Below, piece after piece: positions 48,694 to 60,845 of a stretch of DNA of 64,000 bases. Below the pieces are notes generated by a model. That model was not told the origin of the DNA, made no database searches, and saw only the letters and a program-made list of their open reading frames with translations. The stretch lies in contig NC_043000.1 in NCBI RefSeq assembly GCF_006345805.1, forward strand, positions 5,890,001 to 5,954,000. Direction: 5' to 3'. Numbering within the stretch: position 1 is the first letter of the stretch; every line of letters starts with the position of its first letter. Source of the DNA: Octopus sinensis. Its lineage: Eukaryota. Made by a program: the position numbers and the translations under genes.

Positions 48694-49724
48694 CATGACA
48701 GGCTTCTTTCAGTTTCCACCTACCAAATCCCATATGGTTGGGAAGCAAGCTTCTTACCACACACCCATGCACACACACACACACACACACACACATCATC
48801 ATCATCATCATCATCGTCGTCGTTTTATGTCCCAAGCTGGCAGTATGTTTACTTTTAGAAACAGGAGAAAGAGTGCCGCCATCTTCCTTATCATCCTTTA
48901 ACATCTGTTTTCCATGTTGGTAATGGGTTGGACAGTTTGAGAGGAGCTGACCAGCTGAGGGGGATGTTCAGGCTCCATGTTTGTTGTGGCATGGTTTCTG
49001 TGGCTCGATGCCCTTCCTAATTCCAACCACTTTACAGAGTGTACTGGATGCTTTTATGCATCCCCCAGTACGGTTGCTTTTTACATGGCACCAGGACTTA
49101 CGTGTCCACAAGATTAGGGATGCTCAGCTGGAGGAGGTTGCAAGGAGCGAGGCTGTATGCAGGGGCAACTGCGCTTAAGCACACAAAGCAGTGAGGATTA
49201 CCATAAAAATGCTCATTTGTTTTTATTGCTATTTTCCCAAGCTGTCATGGGTTAGACAGGTGTATTATCGAGACAACAGCCTTATGTAGCTCTCTCCTAA
49301 CTGTTTCCCAAACGTCACACACCTTCAAAGGTGGGAAGCCAAATCTATTGACAGGAAATGACAAGTGTTATCACTTGTAAGTTGCAACATTTGAAGAGGA
49401 TGTAAACAAACAAACACATGTGTGCACACATGTACAACGATGGGCTTCTTTCAATTTCCATCTACCAAAGCTATTCACAAGGCTATGGTCTGTCTGAAGC
49501 TGTAGTAGAAGATATGTGCTGTAAGTATCATGCAGTGGGATGAATCCAAAATTGGTATATGGGAAAATGGTTCTTTGGTGCAAGAAAGATTGAGCAATAT
49601 TTTAAGTGACATTGAAATTCAATGTTCTGTTATACATTTTGATTTTCCTTTTCCTGTCTTGGTATGCTATATATTTTTTTTCTTCAAACCTGCCCCAGTG
49701 ATATTCCTTCTAATATCTATACAT

Positions 49725-49887
49725 ATGCGTAGGAGTGGCTGTGTGGTAAGTAGCTTGCTTACCAACCACATGATTCTGGGTCCAGTCCCACTGCATGGCA
49801 CCTTGGGCAAGTGTCTTCTACTATAGCCTCGGGCCGACCAAAGCCTTGTGAGTGGATTTGGTAGACGGAAACTGAAAGAAGCCCATC

Positions 49888-49918
<31 letters not shown>

Positions 49919-50142
49919 GTATGTGTGTGCATATGTTTGTGTGTCTGTGTTTGTCCCCCCCCCCAACATCACTTGACAACTGATGCTGGTGTGTTTACAT
50001 CCCCATAAGTTAGTGGTTTGGCAAAAGAGACCAATAGAATAATTACTAGGTTTACAAAGAATAAGTCCTGGGGTCGATTTGCCCAACTAAAGATGGTGCT
50101 CCAGCATGGCCACAGTCAAATGACTGAAACAAGTAAAAGAGT
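49725..50142 (+). mobile_element. Family A SINE
   Basis: Same head, CORE-like segment and tail. Confidence 0.85.
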
Positions 50143-50360
50143 ATATGAACTATGTTTCTGATGCTTAGTATCTTTCTTGTGAAATATGATATATGTAATA
50201 CGAATTTCAGATTTTTCTAATTTTGCTATATCTGAATTGTAATGTAAAAATCATTTTTAAAATTTTTTATTTTTGCAACACACCAAAACCACCACTGTGT
50301 TGTAACGAATGTAAACAAATACCTTTCTCTTCTCCAATGACAGAAAGAAATAGTTCAACC

Positions 50361-50585
50361 TGACTGGTTTCAAATCTCATTTGATTTTCATCAGGGAATA
50401 CCATGTGATCTATCCACAGAGCTTGTAGCTACATTTGACTGGTTTCAGCACTCATTTGATTTTCATCAGGGAATACCATGTGATCTATCCACAGAGCTTG
50501 TAGCTACATTTGACTGGTTTCAGCACTCATTTGATTTTCATCTGGGAATACCATGTGATATACCTACAAAACTTGTAACTACACT
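50361..50585. repeat. 75-bp tandem repeat x3
   Basis: Units start at 50361, 50436 and 50511. Confidence 0.9.
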
Positions 50586-50989
50586 AAGACATTAAATATA
50601 GTAATTTTGCTCAATCAGTTCTTGCATAAATTTTGCTTTATCAGGGAGCCATTTAAATTAATGTATGCAGTAAACAGCATTCATTCTATTGTGTAGATAC
50701 AAGGTAAACATTTTGGCAATGGATATCTCATTGTGTTATAACAAATATAAACAAATGTCTTTTTTGCTTCTTTCATGGTTCTACCTGACCAGTTTCAAAT
50801 CTTATTTGATTCTCTTTAGGCATAGTCTGCTCACAAATAGAAATATAGCTAATAGCTTTATACAAAGTTTCCTTATTGTGTTTGCTGTGATCATTCTCTT
50901 TCATAGAAATATACTATCTTGATATCTATTTTGAATCTTGTGAGAAGGCTAACTATGCACATATCAAGACACTGCTACTTTTGATTGCA

Positions 50990-51560
50990 TGTCAAGTGCT
51001 GAAAGTCAAACATCACCACAACATAATGCATGTCCAGGTTTTCTGTGAAAAATCTATTGCCAGAGTCCACAACCAATTTCAATTATGTTGAAAGATGCTG
51101 GATTGTTCAATGACAATCCTCATGTATAAGTTCACTAAATTTGCCCTCATCTACTGTGGTTTTGCTTGCAACTGGTTGCTCTCAATGCTTATCGTCTTGA
51201 ATTGAAGCTCAGCTGGCTTTCAAATGCGTGGGCCACTGAAAAACCTGTCAAACCTTAAGAATATTCACAAAAACTCTGATGAGAAGCTTCAAGGGTCTCA
51301 GTAACAGGTTTGCCAAATTTCACACAAAATTTGATGTGAGATGTTGCTTGAATTCATTAGCGTTAATGAAAACCACAAAGCTATTCAAACACAATGTTAC
51401 AAAACCTTGTGTAATAACTGAATATGAATAAACAGCATGAAACCTATTTGCAGATTGACTCAGTAGGTTTGCATTCAATGATAATCAGATGAGCATACAT
51501 TTTCCATTGAATTGTATGTACACTCACAGCATATGCTGTCCAGAAACTTTCTGATAACAT
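50990..51560 (-). mobile_element. Degenerate mariner 5' half
   Basis: Minus-strand peptides FQWPTHLKAS.ASIQDD...TTVDEGKFSELIHED..TIQHL resemble the second HTH region. A TIR-like ccagaaactttctgata lies at the right end. Confidence 0.55.
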
Positions 51561-53297
51561 TCTAAATGTTATGAGTTTGCTCAGTTGATTAGTCTGCTTG
51601 GGATAAATCAATATTCTATGTATATTATTATAATAAAGATAGGTAAAATGTTATAACAGGTGTGGCTGTGTGGTAAGAAGCTTGCTTCCCAACCACATGG
51701 TTTCAGGTTCAGTCTCACTGCGTGGTGTCTTGGGCACTGATGATGGTGCCACATAAAATGCACCCAGTACACTCTGTAAAGTTGTTGGTGTAAGGAAGGG
51801 CGTCCAGCTGTAGAAATGAAGTCAAAACAGTTAATGGAACCTGGTGCAGTCCCTGGCCTTGCTGCTAATTGTCAAACCATCCAACCTATGCCAGAAATGG
51901 AAAACATGTTAAATGTTGATGATTATGACGAAGAGAAAAGAGTTTCACCCAGAACCTTCTTATATCCTCTGAGGCTAATGAGACTGGGGCAATTGATGTC
52001 CATTTTCACTATCTTTAAGTTGTCCACTAACATGAAAAAAAGGCACAGGCAGGAAGTGAATTCTATAATGTTAACAGTTAATGATCAGGGTTTTATTTTT
52101 ATTTTTGTGCGGTGCCTGTGTGTTAGATAGTGTGTAAAATGAATGGCTGAGAATACACAATTCCATCCAGAGAATTGTTTGGTAGCTAAGGTGAAAAAAC
52201 AGAAACAAAAACAAAACAAAAAGCAACCAAAAACAAAACAAAAAACTACCAAAAACAAAACAAAAAACAACCAAAAATAAAAAAAACATCTCATACATAG
52301 AAAGTACAATTAATTTCCATCAAACTTGTAACATAAAAACAACCAATAAGACCCCTGTCATCCACAGATTTAGTGTCAGACATGTACAATAGCCTAGTAT
52401 TTTCCTGTTTCTCTGTCTCTCTTTCTCTCTGTCACTTTCATTGATTTTTTTATTTGATTCTGTTTATCTTTTTACTTGGTTTATTCAAAGTTAGTTTATT
52501 AGTGCATGTTACCAACTAATTGACTCTTTGCTGGCTTATGTAACGAGTTCTTGGTTTTGCTTTATTACATCACATTTATTAATATACGTGCATGGCTGTG
52601 TAGTTTAAATGTTTGCTTCACAACCATATGATTCCAGGTTCAGTCCTACTCACGGCACATTGGGCAAGTGTCTTCTATTATAGTCTTGGACCAATCAAAG
52701 ACTTGTGAGTGGATTTGGTCAATGAAAACTGAAAGAAGCCTGTTGTATGTGTGTGCGTGTGTCTCCTTGTCTTGATCTTGCGTGATAGTTGTAAATGACA
52801 AAGAGTGTCGTTCATTTCCAATATTCTATGAGAACGTGTTTGGCTATGGAGGAGTATTACCTTGCTTTGGAATAAGGAATAAGCGAGGGTTGGTGACGAG
52901 ATGGGGATTCAGCCATAATATGCCTCAAATAAACTCGGTCCAGTCTATGCAAGCATGAAATAGTGGATGTTAAATAATGATGATGAAACTGGTAAAAGCT
53001 GACATGGTAATTGTTTGACGGAATCAGTAGTGCATCAAGCAAAATACCTTGTGGTATTTGGTTACATCCTTTTACATTAAGTTCAGATCCCACCCAGAAT
53101 TTTCATTTTTTCAAGGTTGATAAAATTAATACCAGAAGTCAATGTAATTGATTATACCTTAGAAGTTGGTGCTCTAGCATGGCCACAGTCCAATGACTAA
53201 GTTTAGTTAAAGAAGAAAAGTATAGTGCCAGTATTTACTATGTAAGTTGATTATCATCAATGTTTGGCTGTTTGGTTAAGAAGCTTGCTTCCAACAA

Positions 53298-53346
<49 letters not shown>

Positions 53347-53789
53347 TTGTATATAACCTTGTCTTGACATCATCTAATGGTTGTGAACAAGCATTACCAT
53401 CATACAAGCCATGTTGTTTGCTTCTATTCATGGAGAAATAGAAATAAAACCTTGCTTGAAAACGAGAGAGTTGGTAACAAGAAGGGCAACTGGCCATAGA
53501 AGATCTGCCTCAATGAATTTCATATGACCCATGCAAATCTAGAAAAGTGGAAATTAAAATGTTGATGATGCTTTGTTGGCACTTGTTATTTCTTTGATTT
53601 TTTGGCTGTTGAATGTTCAGTTTGATTTTAACCATTGTTTCCTAGAATGAAATGACTACACTTATCAAGTTAAACTACCATTATACCTTTCCATACCAAC
53701 CCACCTGGGACTAACCCTTGATTCCATTGTACAAATTTCATGTTTTAATGTCATCTAAATTAAAACCTCCCATCAAAATGTTTATGCTA

Positions 53790-54083
53790 ATATGTCATTG
53801 TCGTTGCTGCTGGATTGGCTCCTGTGCTGATGGCACATAAAAAGCACCATTTGAGCATGGCCATTGCCAGTACCACCTGACTGGCCCTCGTGCCGGTGGC
53901 ACGTAAAAGCACCCACTACACACTCGGAGTGGTTGGCATTAGGAAGGGCATCCAGCAGTAGAAACATTGCCAGATCAGACTGGAGCCTGGTGCAGCCATT
54001 TGGTTTGCCAGACCTCAGTCAAATCGTCCAACCCATGCTAGCATGGAAAGCGGATGTTAAACGATGATGATGATGATGATGAT
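53790..54083 (+). mobile_element. RTE 3' tail fragment
   Basis: Conserved tail and (GAT)n. Confidence 0.75.
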
Positions 54084-54429
54084 GTTCAAAACTTCAGCTT
54101 AACAAGAGCAAAGTTGTTTTGATAAATTATTTTCAAAATTAACTGCAATAAACAGAGTATTTCAACAAAACTATCGTAACAAAAGGGTTAAAGACACTAT
54201 TATACTATTAGTCAGACAAGTACATCCTGTTTCTTTTCTTTCTTTCTTTTTTTTTTTTGTGAAGCTTATTTGAGAGTCAGTTATCTCTTTTCCTTCATGA
54301 GCTATCATCATCTCTTTTTGTAAGAACTAACTGTTCTTGCTTTAACAAAATGGAATGATGAACTTCATATTACGTAGGCTGTGCAACCAATCGGTATGCC
54401 AGAAAATATTGCTGAATTTAGAAGCTAGG

Positions 54430-55320
54430 TCATCAGTAAAACCAAAACATTGTTTCTCCAATTTGTGAACAATTTGGTGGAATGTTGCAATAATTCACTG
54501 GAAATAGAAAACGAGTTCTATTGTCTAGATGACCTAAAAAAGCACTGAAGTATAATTTAGGAGTCCAACTTTTGTTATCCATAAAAATTGTTATTCCTCT
54601 CCTAACATCGGTACATCTTGGTCTGCAATACAGCATCTTTCCAATTTATTCTTATTCTTTACAAATGCCTTTGTCCAATCAATTTAATTGTAAAACAATC
54701 TTCAAAGACAAAGTACTTTTCATTGGCTTCCTTTCACTTCAATGGCTATTAACATCTTCAACTACCATTCGCAACATTTGGTCATACAAATATAATCCAT
54801 TCTCATCATACCAGAATTGAAATTTGGACCTTTGGTTTCTACATCACTTGGATGGTGAATTGTGCAAGAGAATGTACACACTCCTGACTTCATTGAAGCT
54901 GAATGAGAGCCAACCTGGTAGAAATAGTGATCCCCACTTCCTCTTCTCTGTTGTCAAACCTGTATATTTTCGTGAGGAATTAATAACCCTTAAATAATTC
55001 CATTCTTAGTTCGTGCTGCCATTCAATTACTGCATTCCATGTCATTGCAAGATTCCTTTTACTTGAGCTATTTATCAATAGCATTCATCACTCAAGCATC
55101 ATCCACTTTAATCATATGTCATAATGCCTCTGTCATTCTATGCTTGGGATACTCGCTATCTTTCTTGTTCTATCCTCACTAATTCTATCTTTCATATTTA
55201 TCAACTAACTTTCAACAAATCATGCTAAATTGATTTCTCTGTTGTTGCTAGAAGATAGTTTAAACTTAACTGTTATACAACATTACTCTTCAGATATAGC
55301 TCATCATATAGCCTAACTTA
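54430..55320 (-). mobile_element. Highly degraded LINE RT-like relic
   Basis: Minus-strand fragments DQMLRMVVEDVN and IDWTKAF resemble the RTE RT region around (F/Y)IDxxKAF. Many stops. Confidence 0.35.
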
Positions 55321-55398
55321 TATAAATTGATCAGCCGATGTCAGCACAAGAAAGGAGGACATAAAAGCAACACGAATGATGATGATATGTTGAGAGCA

Positions 55399-55797
55399 TA
55401 GGCGCAGGAGGGGTTATGTGGTAAGTAGCTTGCTTACCAACCACATGGTTCCTGGTTCAGTCCCACTGCATGGCACCTTGGGCAAGTATCTTCTACTATA
55501 GCCTCGGGCCGACCAAAGTCTTGTGAGTGGATTTGGTAGATGGAAACTAAAAAGAAGCCCATCGTATATATGTATGCGTATATATATGTGTATGTGTGTT
55601 TGTGTCTGTGTGTTCCCCCAACATCACTTGACAACCGATGCTGGTGTGTTTACGTCCCCGTCACTTAGCGGTTCAGCAAAAGAGACTGATAGAATAAGTA
55701 CTAGATTTACAAAGAATAAGTCCTGGGGTTGATTTGCTCGACTAAAGGCAGTGCTCCAGCATGGCCACAGTCAAATGACTGAAACAAGTAAAAGAGT
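55399..55797 (+). mobile_element. Family A SINE
   Basis: Same head, CORE-like segment and tail. Confidence 0.85.
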
Positions 55798-57188
55798 ATT
55801 CTCATTAAAGTTTGTATACCTATTGCATATCATGGCAGCCTCCTCATGCTCACCAAGTCAATGAAGGAAACTCTGTATAGTGCTGTTAATCTTTTGGAAA
55901 TAGCAGTCATGTATCCTTACTTGAAAGAAGGCTGGATTCGTCACAGATTGAAAGGTTTTGATTGTAGTCCTACTCAATCAGAGCTTATCCCTGGCTAAAT
56001 AACAATCACAGTATCTATTTGTCTTGCTACAGCCTCTACAATATTCTGTTGTCGTCAGTGTTGCAAATGGACCCTTTAATAAAAATTTCTCACCTGATAT
56101 ATTAATCTAGACATTATTTCTGGCACCACCATATGCAATTGTAATATCTTAAATGAGGCACTCACCCAAAGCAAGTTTTCTAATTAGTCTTATAATCACT
56201 GCATGTTGGTTAAATTAATTATGTTCTATTTTGATTAGGTCAACAAACTATCAATATATTCAGCTATTTTTAGGCAATTAATTTCCATGAAATTATCTTA
56301 CCAGCAATATGGCATCTATGGTTCACTCTTTGCCTTGCTTAAAATTCAAACTATGCTGTGAATATCTTCAAAGGCCAACGATTACATCCATTTCTAGAGG
56401 GAAACTTTGTTAAATCAATTCTCGCTTTCTCTGCCCCCTCCCCTCTCTCACATGTACACACACATATATAAATTTTACTGTATTACAATGTTGGAGTTGT
56501 ATAGGTCTAACAACTGAAGGATTCTAATTTTGACCAAATTAAGTCTTTAACTTTGGTCTAGTCAAAACTATGAACAATCTCAGAAAATTTATATGCCAGT
56601 CAGTATTTGTAACACAGTAGACGACATTATAATTAATGTTTGAGAGCAATTATTTAATCCACTATAGAACATACAAATTAATTCTATATAAGAACATATA
56701 TTTAGCTTTGCTGTATGATAATTAAGGAATCATAATCTCTGGGGATAATATACAAATCTGACTATTGAAGGCTCATAATTTTTTTCTTTTTTACGTACTT
56801 AAATGTCATTTGGTTTCCATACAGTTTCTGCATCAGTGGGTATCTTACTCTGGATGTTGACTGGTGTAGACACAGTGTGATACAATATACTTTTGACTCC
56901 ACTGAAGCTGAATGAGACCTAACTAGGTTGAAATAGAGATCGCTCATTTGTCAGATCTGTATGTTCTTTCAAGGGGCTATAATGCCAATATTATTTTAGC
57001 ACAAAGCTAAATATATTCCTGTTAGCATTTTTTACCCTGTTACTTGAGAATCTTGCCATATTCTCAATATTGTTCTTCTACTTTTGACTTCTGATCTCAC
57101 TAATATGATTGGCCCCTAAGTTAAATTAAAGTTATTCTCCCTTTATAGTTGTTTGTGCAGTTTTATATTTCAGCACTTACACGCTTAT

Positions 57189-57223
<35 letters not shown>

Positions 57224-57227
<4 letters not shown>

Positions 57228-58209
57228 CAACAATTGAGGGTAAAATTAATTAATTATTAATCAATTTCACCAAGTATTCAGTATGTAAAGGGACCATTTT
57301 AGGCGAATTCAAAATATTACATTATATATAAGGGCTTAGTAAAATAAATTACTTTGCCACATACTGAACTCATTAGAAATAGCAGCTAAAGAAATTTCTT
57401 CAGCTATTTCTAATACTTAAAGAAGATCTCTTTCAGATAGTGTTAGCCTAAACCAACTCACAAAGGTATGGGGGAAAAAACATTAAAAAATCAAGTGCAA
57501 AGGTTATTTGAGAACGTACGTTTCTAGATTAGTCAATTCGACATTTCTTTCGTCAGCTCAGAATTCCTTGAATCAGATTTGGGAACACTGAAAGTTGGGA
57601 GCATACCCTTTCGGCTTCTTATCACCTCTAGAATTCTGCTCGAACTAAAAGTGCTATCAAATTCGAATATGCAAGCGAAGAATTTCTGCTCTCCCCTTTC
57701 CACCAGCGTGGGTTAAAATTGACAAACACCGTGTATTAACGGTGAAAACCGCAGCATTTAACAGAGAGAGATGAATTATAATTTCAACAATTGAGGGTAA
57801 AATTAATTAATTATTAATCAATTTCACCAAGTATTCAGTATGTAAAGGGACCATTTTAGGCGAATTCAAAATATTACATTATATATAAGGGCTTAGTAAA
57901 ATAAATTACTTTGCCACATACTGAACTCATTAGAAATAGCAGCTAAAGAAATTTCTTCAGCTATTTCTAATACTTAAAGAAGATCTCTTTCAGATAGTGT
58001 TAGCCTAAACCAACTCACAAAGGTATGGGGGAAAAAACATTGCACTTGATTTTTTAATGTTTTTTCCCCCATACCTTTGTGAGTTGGTTTAGGCTAACAC
58101 TATCTGAAAGAGATCTTCTTTAAGTATTAGAAATAGCTGAAGAAATTTCTTTAGCTGCTATTTCTAATGAGTTCAGTATGTGGCAAAGTAATTTATTTTA
58201 CTAAGCCCT

Positions 58210-58219
<10 letters not shown>
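57224..58219 (-). mobile_element. Penelope-like/retrozyme-like element: 557-bp unit, 261-bp partial tandem repeat and 180-bp terminal inversion
   Basis: 57224-57484 matches 57781-58041, with no differences seen by eye. 58040-58219 is the reverse complement of 57321-57500. Hammerhead in the unique part. (TA)n on both sides. Confidence 0.8.
57509..57560 (-). ncRNA. Type I hammerhead ribozyme (near-intact, weak helix II)
   Basis: Minus strand reads TGAG-[CTGACGA]-AAGAAATGTCGAATTGACTAATCTA-[GAAA]-CGTACG-[TT]-CTCA. Helix I is TGAG/CTCA and helix III is the palindrome ACGTACGT. Helix II is AGA/TCT plus GTC/GAC, with an A.A mismatch at the closing pair. Confidence 0.65.
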
Positions 58220-58242
<23 letters not shown>

Positions 58243-58407
58243 CAATGAGAGACATTACAGATGATTGATATTCATTAATAGTCTACATTGCTTTCACAAA
58301 AACTTACCTCATTAGGAAATGCTTCAAACTTACCTTTTCTTCTTATATCCATATATATATATATATATATATATATAGGAAAAAAGCAACAAGAATGGAT
58401 TAAAATA

Positions 58408-58491
58408 TCGGTACAATTGTTTCGTACGAGGACACCTTTAATAAGCTACAAAAAATGCAGTGAATACAGATGGCTCGTACTCGTCAGCCGA
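58408..58491 (-). ncRNA. Type I hammerhead ribozyme (intact core), left arm of palindrome
   Basis: Reverse-complement twin of 58577-58660, with identical core, helix II stem and helix III. The 3 differences all fall in the helix II loop. Confidence 0.85.
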
Positions 58492-58576
58492 AAAAACATC
58501 AGAGATTCCCAAACATCAAAAGGGGTAGATACAAATGAGGGTGTGAGTTTGATGTTTGGGAATCTCTGATGTTTTT

Positions 58577-58660
58577 TCGGCTGACGAGTACGAGCCATCT
58601 ATATTTACTGCATTTTTTGTAGCTTATTAAAGATGTCCTCGTACGAAACAATTGTACCGA
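58577..58660 (+). ncRNA. Type I hammerhead ribozyme (intact core), right arm of palindrome
   Basis: TCGG-[CTGACGA 58581-58587]-GTACGAG..loop..CTCGTAC-[GAAA 58645-58648]-CAATTG-[TA]-CCGA. 4-bp helix I, 7-bp helix II and palindromic helix III ACAATTGT. Predicted cleavage at GUA after 58656. Confidence 0.88.
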
Positions 58661-58860
58661 TATTTTAATCCATTCTTGTTGCTTTTTTCCTATTTGTAAT
58701 CACCCCACTTGTCGTATGGTTAACACCATATAGATTTCCGGTGCATCCTAGTTAAGGACCATATTCATGTGAATTCATTAGAATTCACTTGAATCTCAAT
58801 TACTTAAACCATATATATATATATATATACACTCACACATGTACTTGGTTTTTATTCTCT

Positions 58861-58894
<34 letters not shown>

Positions 58895-59054
58895 CCACAT
58901 TTTGTCCCTTTTTTTAAACATAGAACTTATTCATTTTTGGCATGCTACACCTTGTCTGGGGGGACTTCAACATCATGTGCATGTCTGAAAATTCATTTTT
59001 TCTTTTTCTTTTCTCTTTGCAAATGTTACAAATAAGCACAAATGATGTTACAAA

Positions 59055-59510
59055 CAAAAAAAGTTGTTTTTTTGTTTGTTTCTCTTTTCCTTGTTTCACT
59101 TATTGGGCTGCAGTCTTGCTGGGGCACCGTTTTGAAGGGTTTACTTAAACAAATTGACCTTAGTACATATTATTATTATTATTTAGTTTTTTTTTTTTTG
59201 AGGTTTGGTACATATTCTATCCATGTTTTTTGATGAATTGCTAAGTTAAGGGAATGTAAACAAACTCTAGATATCAAATGGTGGTAGAGATCACACACAC
59301 ACACACACACACTCTCTCTCTCTCTCGCTCTCTTTCTCACACACACATATGATGGGCTTCTTTCAGTTTCCATCTATCAAATCTACTCACAAGGCTTTGG
59401 TTGGCCTAAGACTATAGTAGAAGATACTTGTCCAGGGTGTCATGCAGTAGGATTGATCACCATGACAACATGGTTGGGAAGCAAGCTTCTTAACCAGATA
59501 GTCACACCTG
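59055..59510 (-). mobile_element. Family A SINE (diverged)
   Basis: Tail at 59055-59290 and head at 59350-59510, on the minus strand. Confidence 0.7.
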
Positions 59511-60535
59511 TACCTTTTTAAAATTAATTTCACATATATAGCGGTAAAACTATTCAGACATTAAAACACTAAATGGCAACTCCCTCTATTCTCATCAGAA
59601 TATGCATCCATTGATTTCAGTATCTGAAGACATCTTATTTTAGTGTATTATAAGATATATTTATTTGTCTTTCATCAACAAGTCCACTTCGGTGCATATA
59701 ACAATACTAACTATACAAGTCTTTTTGGTTATTCACCTGTAGTAATTGCTTAACTCTTCACTTTAAATAAACAATTTAAAAGTTTGTAAATGCTTTTGTA
59801 GATTGAAGATTCTGTACATTTTCGACACTCCCCTAAATTGTTTTACACTTGATTTACCTAAATGTTTAACACCATACAGTAAAACAAGGATGTTATCTCT
59901 GTTATTAAACCAAGCAAAAAAAGGTAAATTGACAACACATGTTTCAGCCGAAGTTTAATCTATTTCTTCGAATCTTTATTCTACAGTTGCAGAGTAATTT
60001 AGACATTAAATTTGCTTTTAAATACTTCATTTTTTTTTTATTGCTTTGCTTAACATTCTTCAGTTGAAATTACTTCCACAGATCCTGACAGCTATACTTT
60101 TGGATTTAGTTGCCTGACAAGAGAAAGAAAAAGAAGTGTACATGGAAAACACAGACAAAAATAGAGTACAAAAAAAAAAACTAAAAAAAAAAGAAACCTC
60201 TCCATCTTTAAATTGAAACTACATTTTTATAATACAAACGAATTTTAAAATTTTATTATTTTTAAAAAAATTAATGTCTTTTCAATCCTCTACCTGATTG
60301 GAATGCAATTTGGTTTCTAGATATCGGTCAACAAAAGTTGCATAATATGCAGCTGCAGCACATGTGTTATTAAAAGAAGGTATCAAGAAATTTAGAATTA
60401 TAAGCAGTATTCGTTTTCTTATTTGTTACTTGTTTCACTCATTGGATTGCGACCATGCTGGGGCACTGCCTTGAAGTGTTTGGGTGAACAAATTGAATCC
60501 TCCACCTATTTTAAGTCTGATATGTTTTCTGTTGT

Positions 60536-60845
60536 GGAGGCACAATGGCCCAGTGGTTAGGGCAGCAGACTCACGGTCGTAGGATTGCGGTTTCGATTCC
60601 CAGACCGGGCATTGTGAGTGTTTATTGAGCGAAAACACCTAAAGCTCCACGAGGCTCCGGCAGGGGGTGGTGGTGATCCCCGCTGTACTCTTTCACCACA
60701 ACTTTCTCTCACGCTTACTTCCTGTTTCTGTTGTACCTGTATTTCAAAGGGCCAGCCTTGTCACACTCTGTGTCACGCTGAATCTCCCCGAGAACTACAT
60801 TAAGGTTGCATGTGTTAGTGGAGTGCTCAGCCATTTACACGTTAA
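60536..60845 (+). mobile_element. Family D tRNA-SINE copy
   Basis: Aligns with 38252-38570. Confidence 0.85.

Larger units (their letters stand above)
58375..58810. mobile_element. Penelope-like palindromic element with two opposite-strand hammerheads
   Basis: 146-bp inverted arms at 58375-58520 and 58548-58693 (3 mismatches, 27-nt spacer). A unique 3' extension runs to a (TA)n tract at ~58810, and there is (TA)n at the left end too. Confidence 0.8.

Noticed and set aside
60085-60175. Possible ARRDC exon 2: ttccacag|ATCCTGACAGC.. gives DPDSYTFGFSCLTRERKRSVHGKHRQK* in phase 1
   Set aside because: The resemblance to the FPFSF/SFEGKH motifs is only superficial. It hits a stop quickly and has no convincing donor. 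A spliced alignment would settle it.
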